Positions 37,107 through 46,829 of a stretch of 64,000 nt of DNA are shown piece by piece (position 1 is the stretch's first letter; each line of letters starts with the position of its first letter). Position numbers and translations under genes: made by a program. The notes under the pieces are model-generated. The model saw only the letters and a list, made by a program, of their open reading frames with translations. It made no database searches and was not told the DNA's origin. The DNA comes from Pseudomonadota bacterium (lineage in GTDB: Bacteria > Pseudomonadota > Alphaproteobacteria > Rhodobacterales > Rhodobacteraceae). Location: NCBI GenBank assembly GCA_038526085.1, contig JBCBHE010000021.1, positions 3,705 to 67,704 of the forward strand. The letters run 5' to 3'.

Positions 37107-37946
37107 TTAGGATGATCCAATCATCGCATGGGTAATTGGGCTGTGCGGGTCCCGCAAGCCGTCGAGAACCGAGAAATGGTGATGCTCACCGTCAACGACG
37201 TGCCGGGTGAGCACTGACAGCCCCTTCCACACCATCGGTAGCATAGCGGCTTGGCGCAGAAACTCTGGTCGTTCGGCACCGCCAACCCAAGCCGTCAGAC
37301 TGGTCCCACGCCGGGGCGCATGCAAAACCGGGCTTTCGGCCTCGGCCTCTTCCGGGCTGAGGTCCAGATCTTCATTCATCTGGGTCAAGAGCAAAGGCCG
37401 CAGATCGTGCACACCACTGATGGACAAGCAGTGTTGCACACGCATCCAAATAGCATCGTCAACCGGGCTGTCTTCGCAGCACATGCGCGCCACCAGATGG
37501 CCCCCGGCGGAATGACCTGCCAAGCAAATGGGCCCAGGTGCATGCTCTGCTGCCGCCGTGATCGCCCGCCCAACCTGTTGTGTGATCTGTGAGATTGAAA
37601 CCTCCGGGGCTAGGTCATACCCCGCCAAACAGACCGCCCATCCATTCGCGCGCGCACCCTCTGCGTAATGAGTCCAATAAGACGGATCGGTTGCCCGCCA
37701 GTAGCCCCCATGAATAAAGATCAAGAGGCCCTTCGGCGAACCATCCGGCCAAATGAGGTCGAGCACCTCGCGCGGGGCATCCCCATACGGTTTGCCAATT
37801 TCCATCCGCACGCCGCACTTCCGATAGGCTGCTGCCGCGGACGCGGTATCTGCCAAAAGTCTTTGGGACTCTGGGATGTACGCCAGATTGGCAAATGCAT
37901 CATCCCAATTGGTGGCAGGCCAGGTTTCAAGCCCCGTTTGTGACAT
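37107..37946 (-). CDS. Alpha/beta hydrolase, probable arylformamidase (kynurenine formamidase)
   Basis: FIHGGYW, GHSAGGHL, terminal HHFS; directly upstream of kynU. Confidence 0.75.
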   Translation of the reverse strand: MSQTGLETWPATNWDDAFANLAYIPESQRLLADTASAAAAYRKCGVRMEIGKPYGDAPREVLDLIWPDGSPKGLLIFIHGGYWRATDPSYWTHYAEGARANGWAVCLAGYDLAPEVSISQITQQVGRAITAAAEHAPGPICLAGHSAGGHLVARMCCEDSPVDDAIWMRVQHCLSISGVHDLRPLLLTQMNEDLDLSPEEAEAESPVLHAPRRGTSLTAWVGGAERPEFLRQAAMLPMVWKGLSVLTRHVVDGEHHHFSVLDGLRDPHSPITHAMIGSS

Positions 37947-38123
37947 CGCTCTGTCCCTTCACGGTCGCCCCCTTCGAACATGCTGGAAGAGCAGGATCCA
38001 AATTGCAATCCCTGATTGAGCCTACCAGCAAAAGCGCGGAAAAAGGCCCACAGGCTCAAAGATTTCTGCGTCGCGGCGGGGAATTGCTTTTCAGGGCCCC
38101 TGCGGCCCGCCATAGTGTGGGCA

Positions 38124-38909
38124 ATGGCACAGGCTCTTCCAATTTTGGTGTTCTCCGATCTCGACGGCACATTGCTTGATCACGACACCTATGATTGGTC
38201 TCCCGCCCACCCCGCGCTGACAGCATTGCGAGAGATCGGTGCAGGCGTCGTTCTTGCAAGCAGTAAGACCGCATCCGAAATACGCGTCCTTCAGGCTGAT
38301 ATGGGCCTAAGCGATTGGCCCGCGATCGTCGAAAACGGCGCGGGACTTTTGGGAGGGGCGACGGGCACAGACTATGCCACTATTCGGCATGCCTTAGATC
38401 GCGTCCCGCACCGTGAACAATTTACCGGATTCGGCGATATGACCGTGGCTGGGGTGGTTGATACGACCGGACTGGCCCCCGAGACTGCCGCGCTGGCCAA
38501 GGATCGACAATTTTCAGAGCCGGGCCTCTGGTCTGGGACAGCGGCGCAAAAGACCGCCTTTCTGGACGCCCTGACCGCAGAGGGGATCTTCGCCCGCGAA
38601 GGCGGGCGGTTTCTGACACTTTCAAAAGGTCGCACGAAGGCCGATCAAATGGCGGCGATTATCGAAGACTTGCAGCCAGAGCATACACTCGCCCTCGGTG
38701 ACGCGCCGAACGATGTTGAAATGCTCGAGACGGCCGATCACGGGGTGATCATCGCCAATCCGCATCGCCCGCCGCTCTCCGCTCTAAGGGGCGAACAAAG
38801 CGGCCAGATCACGCGCACCACTGATCCAGGACCAATTGGCTGGAACACGGCCGTCCTGGCCCGTCTTGCACATCTTAAGTTAAAACAAACGGATTCCGCT
38901 CATGGTTGA
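38124..38909 (+). CDS. mpgP: HAD-IIB mannosyl/glucosyl-3-phosphoglycerate phosphatase
   Basis: DLDGTLLD, SSKT, ENGAG, GGRFL, GDAPND. Confidence 0.88.
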   Translation: MAQALPILVFSDLDGTLLDHDTYDWSPAHPALTALREIGAGVVLASSKTASEIRVLQADMGLSDWPAIVENGAGLLGGATGTDYATIRHALDRVPHREQFTGFGDMTVAGVVDTTGLAPETAALAKDRQFSEPGLWSGTAAQKTAFLDALTAEGIFAREGGRFLTLSKGRTKADQMAAIIEDLQPEHTLALGDAPNDVEMLETADHGVIIANPHRPPLSALRGEQSGQITRTTDPGPIGWNTAVLARLAHLKLKQTDSAHG

Positions 38910-40122
38910 TTTCCATCAAAACGGCAATATCGCCACGCTACACAATTTGCGGACGCGATCGCTCAACGAAATGACGTATGAGTTAGAGACCTTTGCGCAG
39001 ACGCGGAAGATGTCGCTTGTCCTCCCCTGCCTCTATTCCGAATTGCGCACACCGGCGATGCCCAACATCGTCTCGGAATTGTCTAAGGTGAGCTACTTGC
39101 ACCGCATCATCATCGGGCTCGACCGGGCCAATGAGGAGGAGTTCCGTCATGCGAAGACCTTTTTCAAGGACTTGAACCAAAACCACATTGTCATTTGGAA
39201 CGATAGCCCGCGAATGAAAGCGCTTGGGGCACGACTGGAGGAAAACGACCTCGCCCCCAAAGAGGCTGGCAAGGGCAAAAATGTTTGGTCCTCCATTGGA
39301 TACTTGATGTCCTGTGGCGATAGCGCTGTCATGGCACTGCATGATTGCGATATCCTGACTTACACCAATGAGCTCCTCGCGCGGCTGATCTACCCCGTCG
39401 CGAACCCGAGCTTTCCTTATCAAGTGGCGAAAGGCTTCTACGCCAGGATTGGGGAAAACAAGATGAACGGGCGGGTCACCCGACTGCTGGTGAGCCCCCT
39501 GCTGATCGCGCTGAAACGGGTGATCGGGGATCGCGACTACCTCGATTACTTGCGCAGCTTCCGATACCCACTGTCTGGTGAGTTTGCGATGCGGACAAAC
39601 ATACTGCCCGACCTGCGCATCCCGTCAGATTGGGGGCTGGAGATTGGGGTCCTATCAGAGGCCTGGCGCAACTTGGCGCCAAAAGCTGTGTGTCAGGTCG
39701 AAATTGCAGATGACTATGATCACAAACACCAAGAGCTTTCACCCCAAGACGCGGATGCAGGCCTGAACCGGATGTCGACTGACATCTGCAAAGCGATCTT
39801 CCGAAAATTGGCTGCAGACGGGACAGTCTTTACGCCCAATGTGTTCCGGACCCTCAAGGCAACCTATTATCGCTCTGCTCTTGATCTGCTCGACGCCTAT
39901 TATAGCGATGCCAAGATGAACGGCTTGGAGGTCGACCGGCATAAGGAAGAACGCTCGATTGAGCTCTTTGCTGATAGTATCATGCGCGCCGGGCATCACT
40001 TCTTGGACAATCCATATGAAACCCCCTTCATTCCGACGTGGAGTCGTGTGCACGCAGCCGACCCTGCGTTTATGCGTGACATGAATAAGGCCGCAATGTT
40101 GGATGAAGAGGAGTTTGTCTAG
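38902..40122 (+). CDS. gpgS: Glucosyl-3-phosphoglycerate synthase-like glycosyltransferase
   Basis: DFHQNG, LPCLYSEL, GKGKNVW, HDCDI, GRVTRLL, YPLSGEF, DWGLEIGVLSE, YDHKHQ. Confidence 0.82.
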   Translation: MVDFHQNGNIATLHNLRTRSLNEMTYELETFAQTRKMSLVLPCLYSELRTPAMPNIVSELSKVSYLHRIIIGLDRANEEEFRHAKTFFKDLNQNHIVIWNDSPRMKALGARLEENDLAPKEAGKGKNVWSSIGYLMSCGDSAVMALHDCDILTYTNELLARLIYPVANPSFPYQVAKGFYARIGENKMNGRVTRLLVSPLLIALKRVIGDRDYLDYLRSFRYPLSGEFAMRTNILPDLRIPSDWGLEIGVLSEAWRNLAPKAVCQVEIADDYDHKHQELSPQDADAGLNRMSTDICKAIFRKLAADGTVFTPNVFRTLKATYYRSALDLLDAYYSDAKMNGLEVDRHKEERSIELFADSIMRAGHHFLDNPYETPFIPTWSRVHAADPAFMRDMNKAAMLDEEEFV

Positions 40123-40152
40123 CGGGCCCAAGCTGCGGTTCGGGTAATCAAA

Positions 40153-40187
40153 TCTTTCAAAAAGTTCTGACAGATTTCTTTGAAAGA
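40153..40187. other. AT-rich inverted repeat between gpgS and the serine hydrolase gene
   Basis: TCTTTCAAA-N17-TTTGAAAGA. Confidence 0.35.
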
Positions 40188-40252
40188 CATCGCTAGGTCG
40201 CATCCAGCTTTGAGGTCTTGTTGCGGGTCGGATTCGTCCCCATCTCCATCTT

Positions 40253-41305
40253 ATGAAAAGGCTTCTTCTTTCATCAATTTTTGCGGCGGGTACCGCTGTA
40301 CAAGGCATGGCACAGGATACCGACGCTATCGTGGTGGCAGCCGCCACCGCAGCTCCAAATTTCGCCTTGGGTGTTGCGATCGCGGATAAAGGTTCACCGC
40401 CTCAAACCTACACATTCGGTCCGCGCCGGACAGGCGGCGTTGAACCCGTCGCACCAGATGCCGTCTGGCACATCGGCTCGATCACCAAATCCTTCACGGC
40501 AACGCTGGTCCTCCAGCATGTGGACCGCGGCCTCCTCACCCTTGATGCACCCATCGGCGACTATCTCTCACCCGCAATCGAGATGGACCCAAGCTGGCGC
40601 GCCCTCACCCTCCGCCAGCTGCTGTCCCACACCGCTGGCCTTCCCGCCAATGCCGGCATTGGGGCGATGCGGTTACGGGCGACCGACAATCTTCACCAGC
40701 TCCGCCAGACGGTCCTATCAGGGCTCTGGTCAAAGCCCGTGACACCTGGGTCCTTTGCCTATTCCAACGTCGGTTACGTTTTGGCGGGCTACGTGCTCGA
40801 AACGGTGTCTGGTGAAACATGGGAAACACTGGTGCAAACCGAAATTGCAGCGCCGCTCAAACTTACCTCTCTGGGATTCGGCCCGCCACGAGGATCGGGC
40901 GATGCCTGGGGACACCGCAATTTTCTGCTTCTCAAACGACCCGTTGATCCAATGCGCATTGGCGCCGACAATCCCGCATGGATCGGGCCTGCCGGGACCC
41001 TGCATATGTCATTGGCAGATCTTGCTAAGTGGGGCCAAGCGCATCTGGCGGCTTGTGCCGGCGACCTGCCGCGCTTTCTCAGCGCGGAGGCCTGCGCGAC
41101 GATGCAGACAGAGATTGCCGGACAATACGGTCTCGGCTGGGTCGTGCCCGATGGCGGCCGGGTCTGGCACAACGGATCAAACACCATGTGGTACGCCGTG
41201 CTTTCGATCGATCCAAGCCGCAACCAAATTATCGCCGCAGCGACGAACGTGATGCAGCCACAGCGGATTGATGCGCTTGTTTCGTCGCTCCGTGAAGGGG
41301 CGTGA
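40253..41305 (+). CDS. Secreted serine hydrolase, beta-lactamase class C / PBP family
   Basis: Signal peptide; SITK (SxxK), YSN, HNGS; LLSHTAGL. Confidence 0.9.
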   Translation: MKRLLLSSIFAAGTAVQGMAQDTDAIVVAAATAAPNFALGVAIADKGSPPQTYTFGPRRTGGVEPVAPDAVWHIGSITKSFTATLVLQHVDRGLLTLDAPIGDYLSPAIEMDPSWRALTLRQLLSHTAGLPANAGIGAMRLRATDNLHQLRQTVLSGLWSKPVTPGSFAYSNVGYVLAGYVLETVSGETWETLVQTEIAAPLKLTSLGFGPPRGSGDAWGHRNFLLLKRPVDPMRIGADNPAWIGPAGTLHMSLADLAKWGQAHLAACAGDLPRFLSAEACATMQTEIAGQYGLGWVVPDGGRVWHNGSNTMWYAVLSIDPSRNQIIAAATNVMQPQRIDALVSSLREGA

Positions 41306-41357
41306 AATCATGCGCATCGCATGCTAGGTCGGACGCAACACAAGGCGGGACCCAGCC

Positions 41358-41825
41358 ATGACAAGCTACGTTTCCTACATCCGCGACATGGTGGGTCAAA
41401 AGCCCATTATCCTTACAGGTACTGCCGTCATTCTTCAGAATGGAACTGGCCAGATCCTACTGCATAAGCGGTCAGATAACGGCATGTGGGGGTTTCCAGG
41501 TGGTATGCTCGAAATGGGCGAAAGTCTGGAAGAGACCGCACGGCGCGAAGTCTTGGAAGAAGTTGGGATTGTGATCGATGAACCGCGTCTTATCGGTGTC
41601 GTCTCAGGGGCGGACTGCCTTTATCATTACCCAAATGGCGACCCGGTTTGGTGCGTGACAGCGGCCTACGCAGCAGATATTGGCGATCAATCGCCAAAAA
41701 TCCTGGACGAAACAACAGATGTGACCTTTGTGGAGCTAGCCCATTTCGATCAACCGCTTAGCCCACCCTCTGCGGCAGTTGTGCGGCAGCTTGGGTTAGG
41801 GCTCTTGAAGACAGCTACATCATGA
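41358..41825 (+). CDS. NUDIX hydrolase
   Basis: Nudix box GGMLEMGESLEETARREVLEEVG. Confidence 0.92.
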   Translation: MTSYVSYIRDMVGQKPIILTGTAVILQNGTGQILLHKRSDNGMWGFPGGMLEMGESLEETARREVLEEVGIVIDEPRLIGVVSGADCLYHYPNGDPVWCVTAAYAADIGDQSPKILDETTDVTFVELAHFDQPLSPPSAAVVRQLGLGLLKTATS

Positions 41826-42319
41826 CACCGCCCTTTGACGCATCCACTCTGCTCACGGTCAAACACTACCTCGCCCAAATCGGTTCCCTGATCGACAGTT
41901 TGGCGCAGGAGGACAAGGCGGATGACATCTTGGCGGCAAAGCTCGCGCCCGACATGCTCAACACCGGTTTCCACATTGGCGTCGCATCCGGCTTCGCAGC
42001 CCGCAGCTTAGCGCTTCCGGCCGGTCTCCCATTTCCGGACATCCCGGCAGAGATCAACTGCGCCACGCTCAAAAAGCATCATGGGAAGATCACTAACCTC
42101 GTCGCCGGCATACAGGTTGCAGATTTGGCTTCACCCATCCGGCATCGGGCGGGTGACGCGAATTTGGAGCAAGAGGTCTCCGACTACATCCTCCGTTTTG
42201 CACTGCCCAATATGATTTTCCACTTGTCGATGGCATATGCCGGACTGCGCCAAGCAGGTGTGGAGATCGGCAAAGCGGACTTTGACCGGTTGCACATCTA
42301 TACTGGGCCGCTGGATTAG
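41822..42319 (+). CDS. DUF1993 family (DinB-like) protein
   Basis: AKLAPDML, LPNMIFHLSMAYAGLRQAGVEIGKADF. Confidence 0.8.
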   Translation: MTPPFDASTLLTVKHYLAQIGSLIDSLAQEDKADDILAAKLAPDMLNTGFHIGVASGFAARSLALPAGLPFPDIPAEINCATLKKHHGKITNLVAGIQVADLASPIRHRAGDANLEQEVSDYILRFALPNMIFHLSMAYAGLRQAGVEIGKADFDRLHIYTGPLD

Positions 42320-43416
42320 CCCGTCTCGGGAAAGCGCTCGCGCAGAAACGCTGCGATCTCGTCGAACTGAAGATACTCCGCCCACCCGAGCGGTGACATC
42401 TTGTGATGGATATCCGGGACGCTCAAATCCGCCCCACCTTCAACAAGCGTAACCACTGTCTCAAGACGGTTGGTGGCAACTGCGGAATGCAGCGGGGTGC
42501 AATGACTGTGTCCGCCGGGCGGGTTGTAGCGATTGGGGTCGACGCCTACGTCCAACATGATCTTCAAACACGCGATCCGGCCAGCATTGGCCGCAAGGGA
42601 CAACGCAAGTTGCCGGTCATCTGTTTTGGCACCCGTCACCAGCCCGGAAACCGTTTCAACCTCTCCCAAGGCAGCCGCGGTTGGCAGGTCCATTGGCGCA
42701 CCGCAGGCGATCAGCACACGCGCTGCCGCAAACTCATCATGGGCCAAGGCGCTATACATGCCTGCCACCGGCTCAGCACCATGATCGCACAACAGCTTCA
42801 GTAAGGGTGTCTGCACCCCCGCCTCGCGACACACCCGGCCAGAAGCCGCAAGCATCAGTGTCTCGTTCAGGGCCCTCTGGTTATCCTTCGCGCCCGCCGC
42901 CAAAAGGATCTTTGCAATCGCGATGGCGTTCGGGGGCAACTTCTCCTGCCGGGTGGGGTTTTCTGGCAGGAACTCCAGCAAGGTCGGTTCAGAGAAGTAG
43001 TTGCCCCCTTCAAATGTCGCCTTCTCGTGTATCAGCCCAGGATGACGGGCCAGGTGCCATTTCAAACGTACCTCATCCCCGGCCTCCATGAAATCGAGCG
43101 CCTGTTTGAACGGACCATCGGGCAAGCGGTCGTTGTGGTTTAACTGTAGCTCTTCATGATGCCTTTCCGCGATGACCGCTTTCAACCGCGGCCAATTGGA
43201 GTAGCCGTACTCTCGCGAGATCGACAGTTGCGCATCGCTGAGGCTGAAAGTTCGGGCGGGCATATCGCCATCAGGCACATCGGTAAACTTCGGATGAAAC
43301 TCGCGGATCCGCTGGAATGCAGCCATATCCCCCGCACGAAAATCGCGCAAAAGATCCTTGGCTTGATGTTTCAGGTGATCAAGATTGGCAGACTCAGGGA
43401 GCCATTTTGTGGGCAT
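42316..43416 (-). CDS. Ankyrin-repeat protein with N-terminal LDHLKHQAK...DAQLSISREYGYSNW domain
   Basis: RBS AAGGA; ALSLAANAG, TPLHSAVATN, SPLGWAEY ankyrin-like motifs. Confidence 0.82.
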   Translation of the reverse strand: MPTKWLPESANLDHLKHQAKDLLRDFRAGDMAAFQRIREFHPKFTDVPDGDMPARTFSLSDAQLSISREYGYSNWPRLKAVIAERHHEELQLNHNDRLPDGPFKQALDFMEAGDEVRLKWHLARHPGLIHEKATFEGGNYFSEPTLLEFLPENPTRQEKLPPNAIAIAKILLAAGAKDNQRALNETLMLAASGRVCREAGVQTPLLKLLCDHGAEPVAGMYSALAHDEFAAARVLIACGAPMDLPTAAALGEVETVSGLVTGAKTDDRQLALSLAANAGRIACLKIMLDVGVDPNRYNPPGGHSHCTPLHSAVATNRLETVVTLVEGGADLSVPDIHHKMSPLGWAEYLQFDEIAAFLRERFPETG

Positions 43417-43716
43417 GGAACGTTCCTTTTTGCACAGCGAGACACCTGCATCGGTCGCCAAAAGGTCAGTTCATCTGACAAGTAAGTCTGAGGGAGTGGA
43501 CTCTGTCCTGTCCGCAGGCTGGATGCGCCTCCGTGCGCGCGCTTACGCTAGCAACCTCGGCGATGGCGCGCAACCGGCCCGACTGGGTGCTATCAAAGCA
43601 ATGCGGCGCGCTCAATCGTAAGCGTAGCTCGTCTCTACTTTTTTGCGTCATCAGGCTCCAGTGGTGACTAGATAGGCGGCGAACCTGAGGCCCACCGCTT
43701 TCTGACATGACGCGAG

Positions 43717-44268
43717 CTAAGCGTCCCCCTCCACCGCATCTGGATCATTGTGGTAGTAGCCAACGCCGTGATCTGCTTCTACCCACTTCGCAAAGCGCGG
43801 TAGGCCGTCGGATGGCATCGCGTGAAAGGGTGCACCGTTTGCCATTATGCCGTGCTTGTTGCTGTCGGGATAGAAAAAGACATCAGCGGGCAACATGGAC
43901 GACAGAGCAAGATAGCGCATCTCGCTCTCGCCGGTGTTCTGCAATTGAAATGGAATGCCCGTGCCAGCGCGGATATAGATAATATCACCGGTTTTGATGG
44001 GGTGCGTATCGTCCCCGTAACGCAAGCTACCTTCGCCTGCGATGACCAGAAACGCTTCGTCGTTAATATAGTGGAAGTGGCGGGGAAAGGCTTGGCTCTT
44101 CGGTGGCACTACAGTGACGTTGATGCCGATCTTTTCGGTGTTCAGCGCCTCACCTACCTTGGCCAACCGTGCCTCATACGGGCCTTGGCGGTCGATAGTT
44201 GTCAAATGATCAGGATTGGCGAGTAGGGCATCAATATTCGCAATAGGGGGATCAATTGTATTGGTCAT
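43717..44268 (-). CDS. Cupin domain protein
   Basis: RBS AGGAG; HFHYINDEAFLVIAGEG, GDIIYI. Confidence 0.85.
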   Translation of the reverse strand: MTNTIDPPIANIDALLANPDHLTTIDRQGPYEARLAKVGEALNTEKIGINVTVVPPKSQAFPRHFHYINDEAFLVIAGEGSLRYGDDTHPIKTGDIIYIRAGTGIPFQLQNTGESEMRYLALSSMLPADVFFYPDSNKHGIMANGAPFHAMPSDGLPRFAKWVEADHGVGYYHNDPDAVEGDA

Positions 44269-44340
44269 AATGGGTCTCCTTTCGTCCCCCCGACGTACCC
44301 GCCCGAGATGACGCAAAAGCGACACATCAGTTTGGTGACC

Positions 44341-45180
44341 TTAATTTTCCTTCCGGTCATCCACGACGTTCATGCCCGCAAGACCGGAGTTGCCAAGGTC
44401 AACACTGGCAAACGGCCCGCCATGGCACATGTGCCCTTTGTCTTGCGGGTCGAGCGGTTCTGCAGCGGCCAGCACCTCTGCCGCATAAACCTCCGCATTA
44501 TCCTTCGGCCTATACCCCAGAAACGTCGCCTTGCTGTTGTCCACCGGCGACCGGTCGTTGTTTGACACCCCGTAGACCACCGCCCAACCGGTTACCGGCG
44601 TGTCGATACAGCGGGTCACCAGTTGGATCAGATCGTCATAGGAAAGGTAAGACCCCAAGGCGCGCGGATTATTAACTTGCGCGCAGGACAGGATGCGCAT
44701 GTGCACACTCTCTAACCCACGCTTTTCCCAATACATCCGGCCAAGGTCTTCGCTGAAACACTTGGCGAGGCCATAGAAGGTATCGGGTCGATGCGGGACC
44801 TCGGTGTCGATGCATTCGTTTTTGTCGTACATGCCCACGGCGTGAATCGAACTGGCGTAGACCACACGGCGCGCGCCCGTGCGAAAGGCTGCTTCCCACA
44901 CATTGTAGGACCCGATGAAGTTCGGGCCGAGCAACTGTTCAAACGGCCCCTCATCCACGAAAGCGCCCATATGCACGACCATCGTGGCACCCTCAATGAC
45001 CGCCATCATCTCATCAAAATTGGCAAGGTCGGCCTTGTGGAACGTCTCACCGGGATAGAGCTTGCCGACGTCCTCAATATCCGTGGACACCAGGTCTTCA
45101 CACAAAGACGTCAGCGGTTCCCGGAGGTAGGATCCTAGGCGACCGGCAGCACCAGTGAGAACGATCTTCTTGAGTTTCAT
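44341..45180 (-). CDS. NAD-dependent epimerase/dehydratase, uronate dehydrogenase-like
   Basis: TGAAGRLG, ASSIHAVG, RPDTFYGLAK, RILSC, YGVSNN. Confidence 0.8.
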   Translation of the reverse strand: MKLKKIVLTGAAGRLGSYLREPLTSLCEDLVSTDIEDVGKLYPGETFHKADLANFDEMMAVIEGATMVVHMGAFVDEGPFEQLLGPNFIGSYNVWEAAFRTGARRVVYASSIHAVGMYDKNECIDTEVPHRPDTFYGLAKCFSEDLGRMYWEKRGLESVHMRILSCAQVNNPRALGSYLSYDDLIQLVTRCIDTPVTGWAVVYGVSNNDRSPVDNSKATFLGYRPKDNAEVYAAEVLAAAEPLDPQDKGHMCHGGPFASVDLGNSGLAGMNVVDDRKEN

Positions 45181-45956
45181 CACTCCTCCATCTTCTCTTT
45201 GACCTGTGCCAGCAGGGCGTCAGAGGCCCGCGCAAGCGTCAGCGTATCAAGTCCACATGCGACAAAGGTGAAACCCTCGTTCAATAAGTCGGCAACCATA
45301 CGCGCGTCTGTGACGAGCGTGCCCACTGGCATCCCCATCGCACGCAATTTCGCGGCTGCAGGGCGGATCACCTCCCAGACCTCGGGCGCCATCGGTTTGC
45401 CGATCATGCCAATGTCAGCGGCAATATCGGCCGGTCCAAAGAAGATGCCACTTACGCCATCAACCTTTGCAATCTCTTCCGCCTGCGCAATCGCTGCAGC
45501 GGTCTCAAGTTGAATAAGAACGGTTGTTTCCTCTTCAACACGTTGTGCGTAGTCGGTGATCCGACCAAATTGGGTGGCACGCGTTGCCCCGGCCACACCT
45601 CGGTTCCCGCGCGGTGGGTAGCGCGTCGCGGCAACCGCCTTCTCCGCCTCTTCCACGGATTGCACCATTGGGAACAAAAGCCCCTGGGCTCCCATATCAA
45701 GGATGCGCTTGACCGCCACGGTGTCGTTCCATTCCGGACGCACCAGCGCCGTCGTCTTTGACCCCTGAAACGCCTGCAACTGAGACTGAACGGTTAAATA
45801 ATCGTTCGCGGTATGCTCCATATCAACAACGACCCAGTCAAAACCAGATCCGGCAACAATCTCAGCTGACACATTGCTCGCCATACTGACCCAATAACCG
45901 ACTTGCTTTTGGCCGGCCGCAATGGCGTGGGTGAAGGTGTTGGTCGGGAGTTTCAT
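45180..45956 (-). CDS. HpcH/HpaI class II aldolase
   Basis: GFDWVVVDMEH, VKRILDMGAQG, RYPPRGNRG, QLET, FFGPAD. Confidence 0.92.
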   Translation of the reverse strand: MKLPTNTFTHAIAAGQKQVGYWVSMASNVSAEIVAGSGFDWVVVDMEHTANDYLTVQSQLQAFQGSKTTALVRPEWNDTVAVKRILDMGAQGLLFPMVQSVEEAEKAVAATRYPPRGNRGVAGATRATQFGRITDYAQRVEEETTVLIQLETAAAIAQAEEIAKVDGVSGIFFGPADIAADIGMIGKPMAPEVWEVIRPAAAKLRAMGMPVGTLVTDARMVADLLNEGFTFVACGLDTLTLARASDALLAQVKEKMEE

Positions 45957-45965
45957 TGGCTGACC

Positions 45966-46814
45966 TCAGACATCCGCGCCAACCACTTGGCGCTGTTTGC
46001 CAAGGCCAGCAATTTCCAATTCCATCACATCGCCCGCCTTGAGGTAAACGGGTTGAGGCTTGATCCCCATACCCACGCCCGGCGGTGTCCCGGTGGAGAT
46101 CACATCTCCCGGATGCAGGGTGAACAAACCACTCAGATGTTCGATGATTTGCGCGACCGTGAAGATCATCGTCGCTGTATTGCCTGACTGCATGCGCTTC
46201 CCATTCACTTCAAGTGACATATCGAGCACCTGCGGGTCCGGCACCTCATCCCGCGTTACAAGCCACGGGCCGGTCGGCCCAAAGGTGTCGCAGCTTTTGC
46301 CCTTCGTCCATTGACCAGTCAGCCCCGTCTGAAAATGCCGCTCTGAGACGTCGTTGATCACACAATACCCTGCCACATAGTCAAGCGCGTCGGCCGCGCT
46401 CACGTATTTCGCGGGCTTGCCAATCACGACCCCCAGTTCCACTTCCCAGTCCGTCTTCTCTGACCCGCGCGGGATCATCACGTCATCGTTCGGGCCGACG
46501 ATGGCGGAGTTTGCTTTCATGAACAGGATTGGGTGATCGGGAATTGGCAAACCAGATTCAGCGGCATGGTCTGAATAGTTCAACCCGATGCAGCAGAATT
46601 TCCCAATGTCGCCGACACAAGGCCCCAAACGCGGGTTGCCATCAACCGCAGGCAGTGAGGCCGGATCGATTTCGCGCAGCTTTGCCCGCCCCGCATCCGA
46701 CAGCACGTCGCCTGCGATATCTTCCACCACACCCGACAAATCACGGATCACGCCATCCGCATCCAGCATCCCCGGCTTTTCCGCGCCACTATCCCCAAAC
46801 CGCAACAGTTTCAT
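45966..46814 (-). CDS. Fumarylacetoacetate hydrolase family protein
   Basis: CIGLNYSDH, DWEVELG, NDVSER, GKSCDTFGP, STGTPPGVG. Confidence 0.93.
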   Translation of the reverse strand: MKLLRFGDSGAEKPGMLDADGVIRDLSGVVEDIAGDVLSDAGRAKLREIDPASLPAVDGNPRLGPCVGDIGKFCCIGLNYSDHAAESGLPIPDHPILFMKANSAIVGPNDDVMIPRGSEKTDWEVELGVVIGKPAKYVSAADALDYVAGYCVINDVSERHFQTGLTGQWTKGKSCDTFGPTGPWLVTRDEVPDPQVLDMSLEVNGKRMQSGNTATMIFTVAQIIEHLSGLFTLHPGDVISTGTPPGVGMGIKPQPVYLKAGDVMELEIAGLGKQRQVVGADV

Positions 46815-46829
46815 GGTCTCATCCCTTCT

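Noticed and set aside
40253-41305. Antibiotic-resistance beta-lactamase
   Set aside because: SxxK/YxN/HxG motifs fit the broad esterase/amidase-like serine hydrolase family; no mobile context or class-specific evidence.
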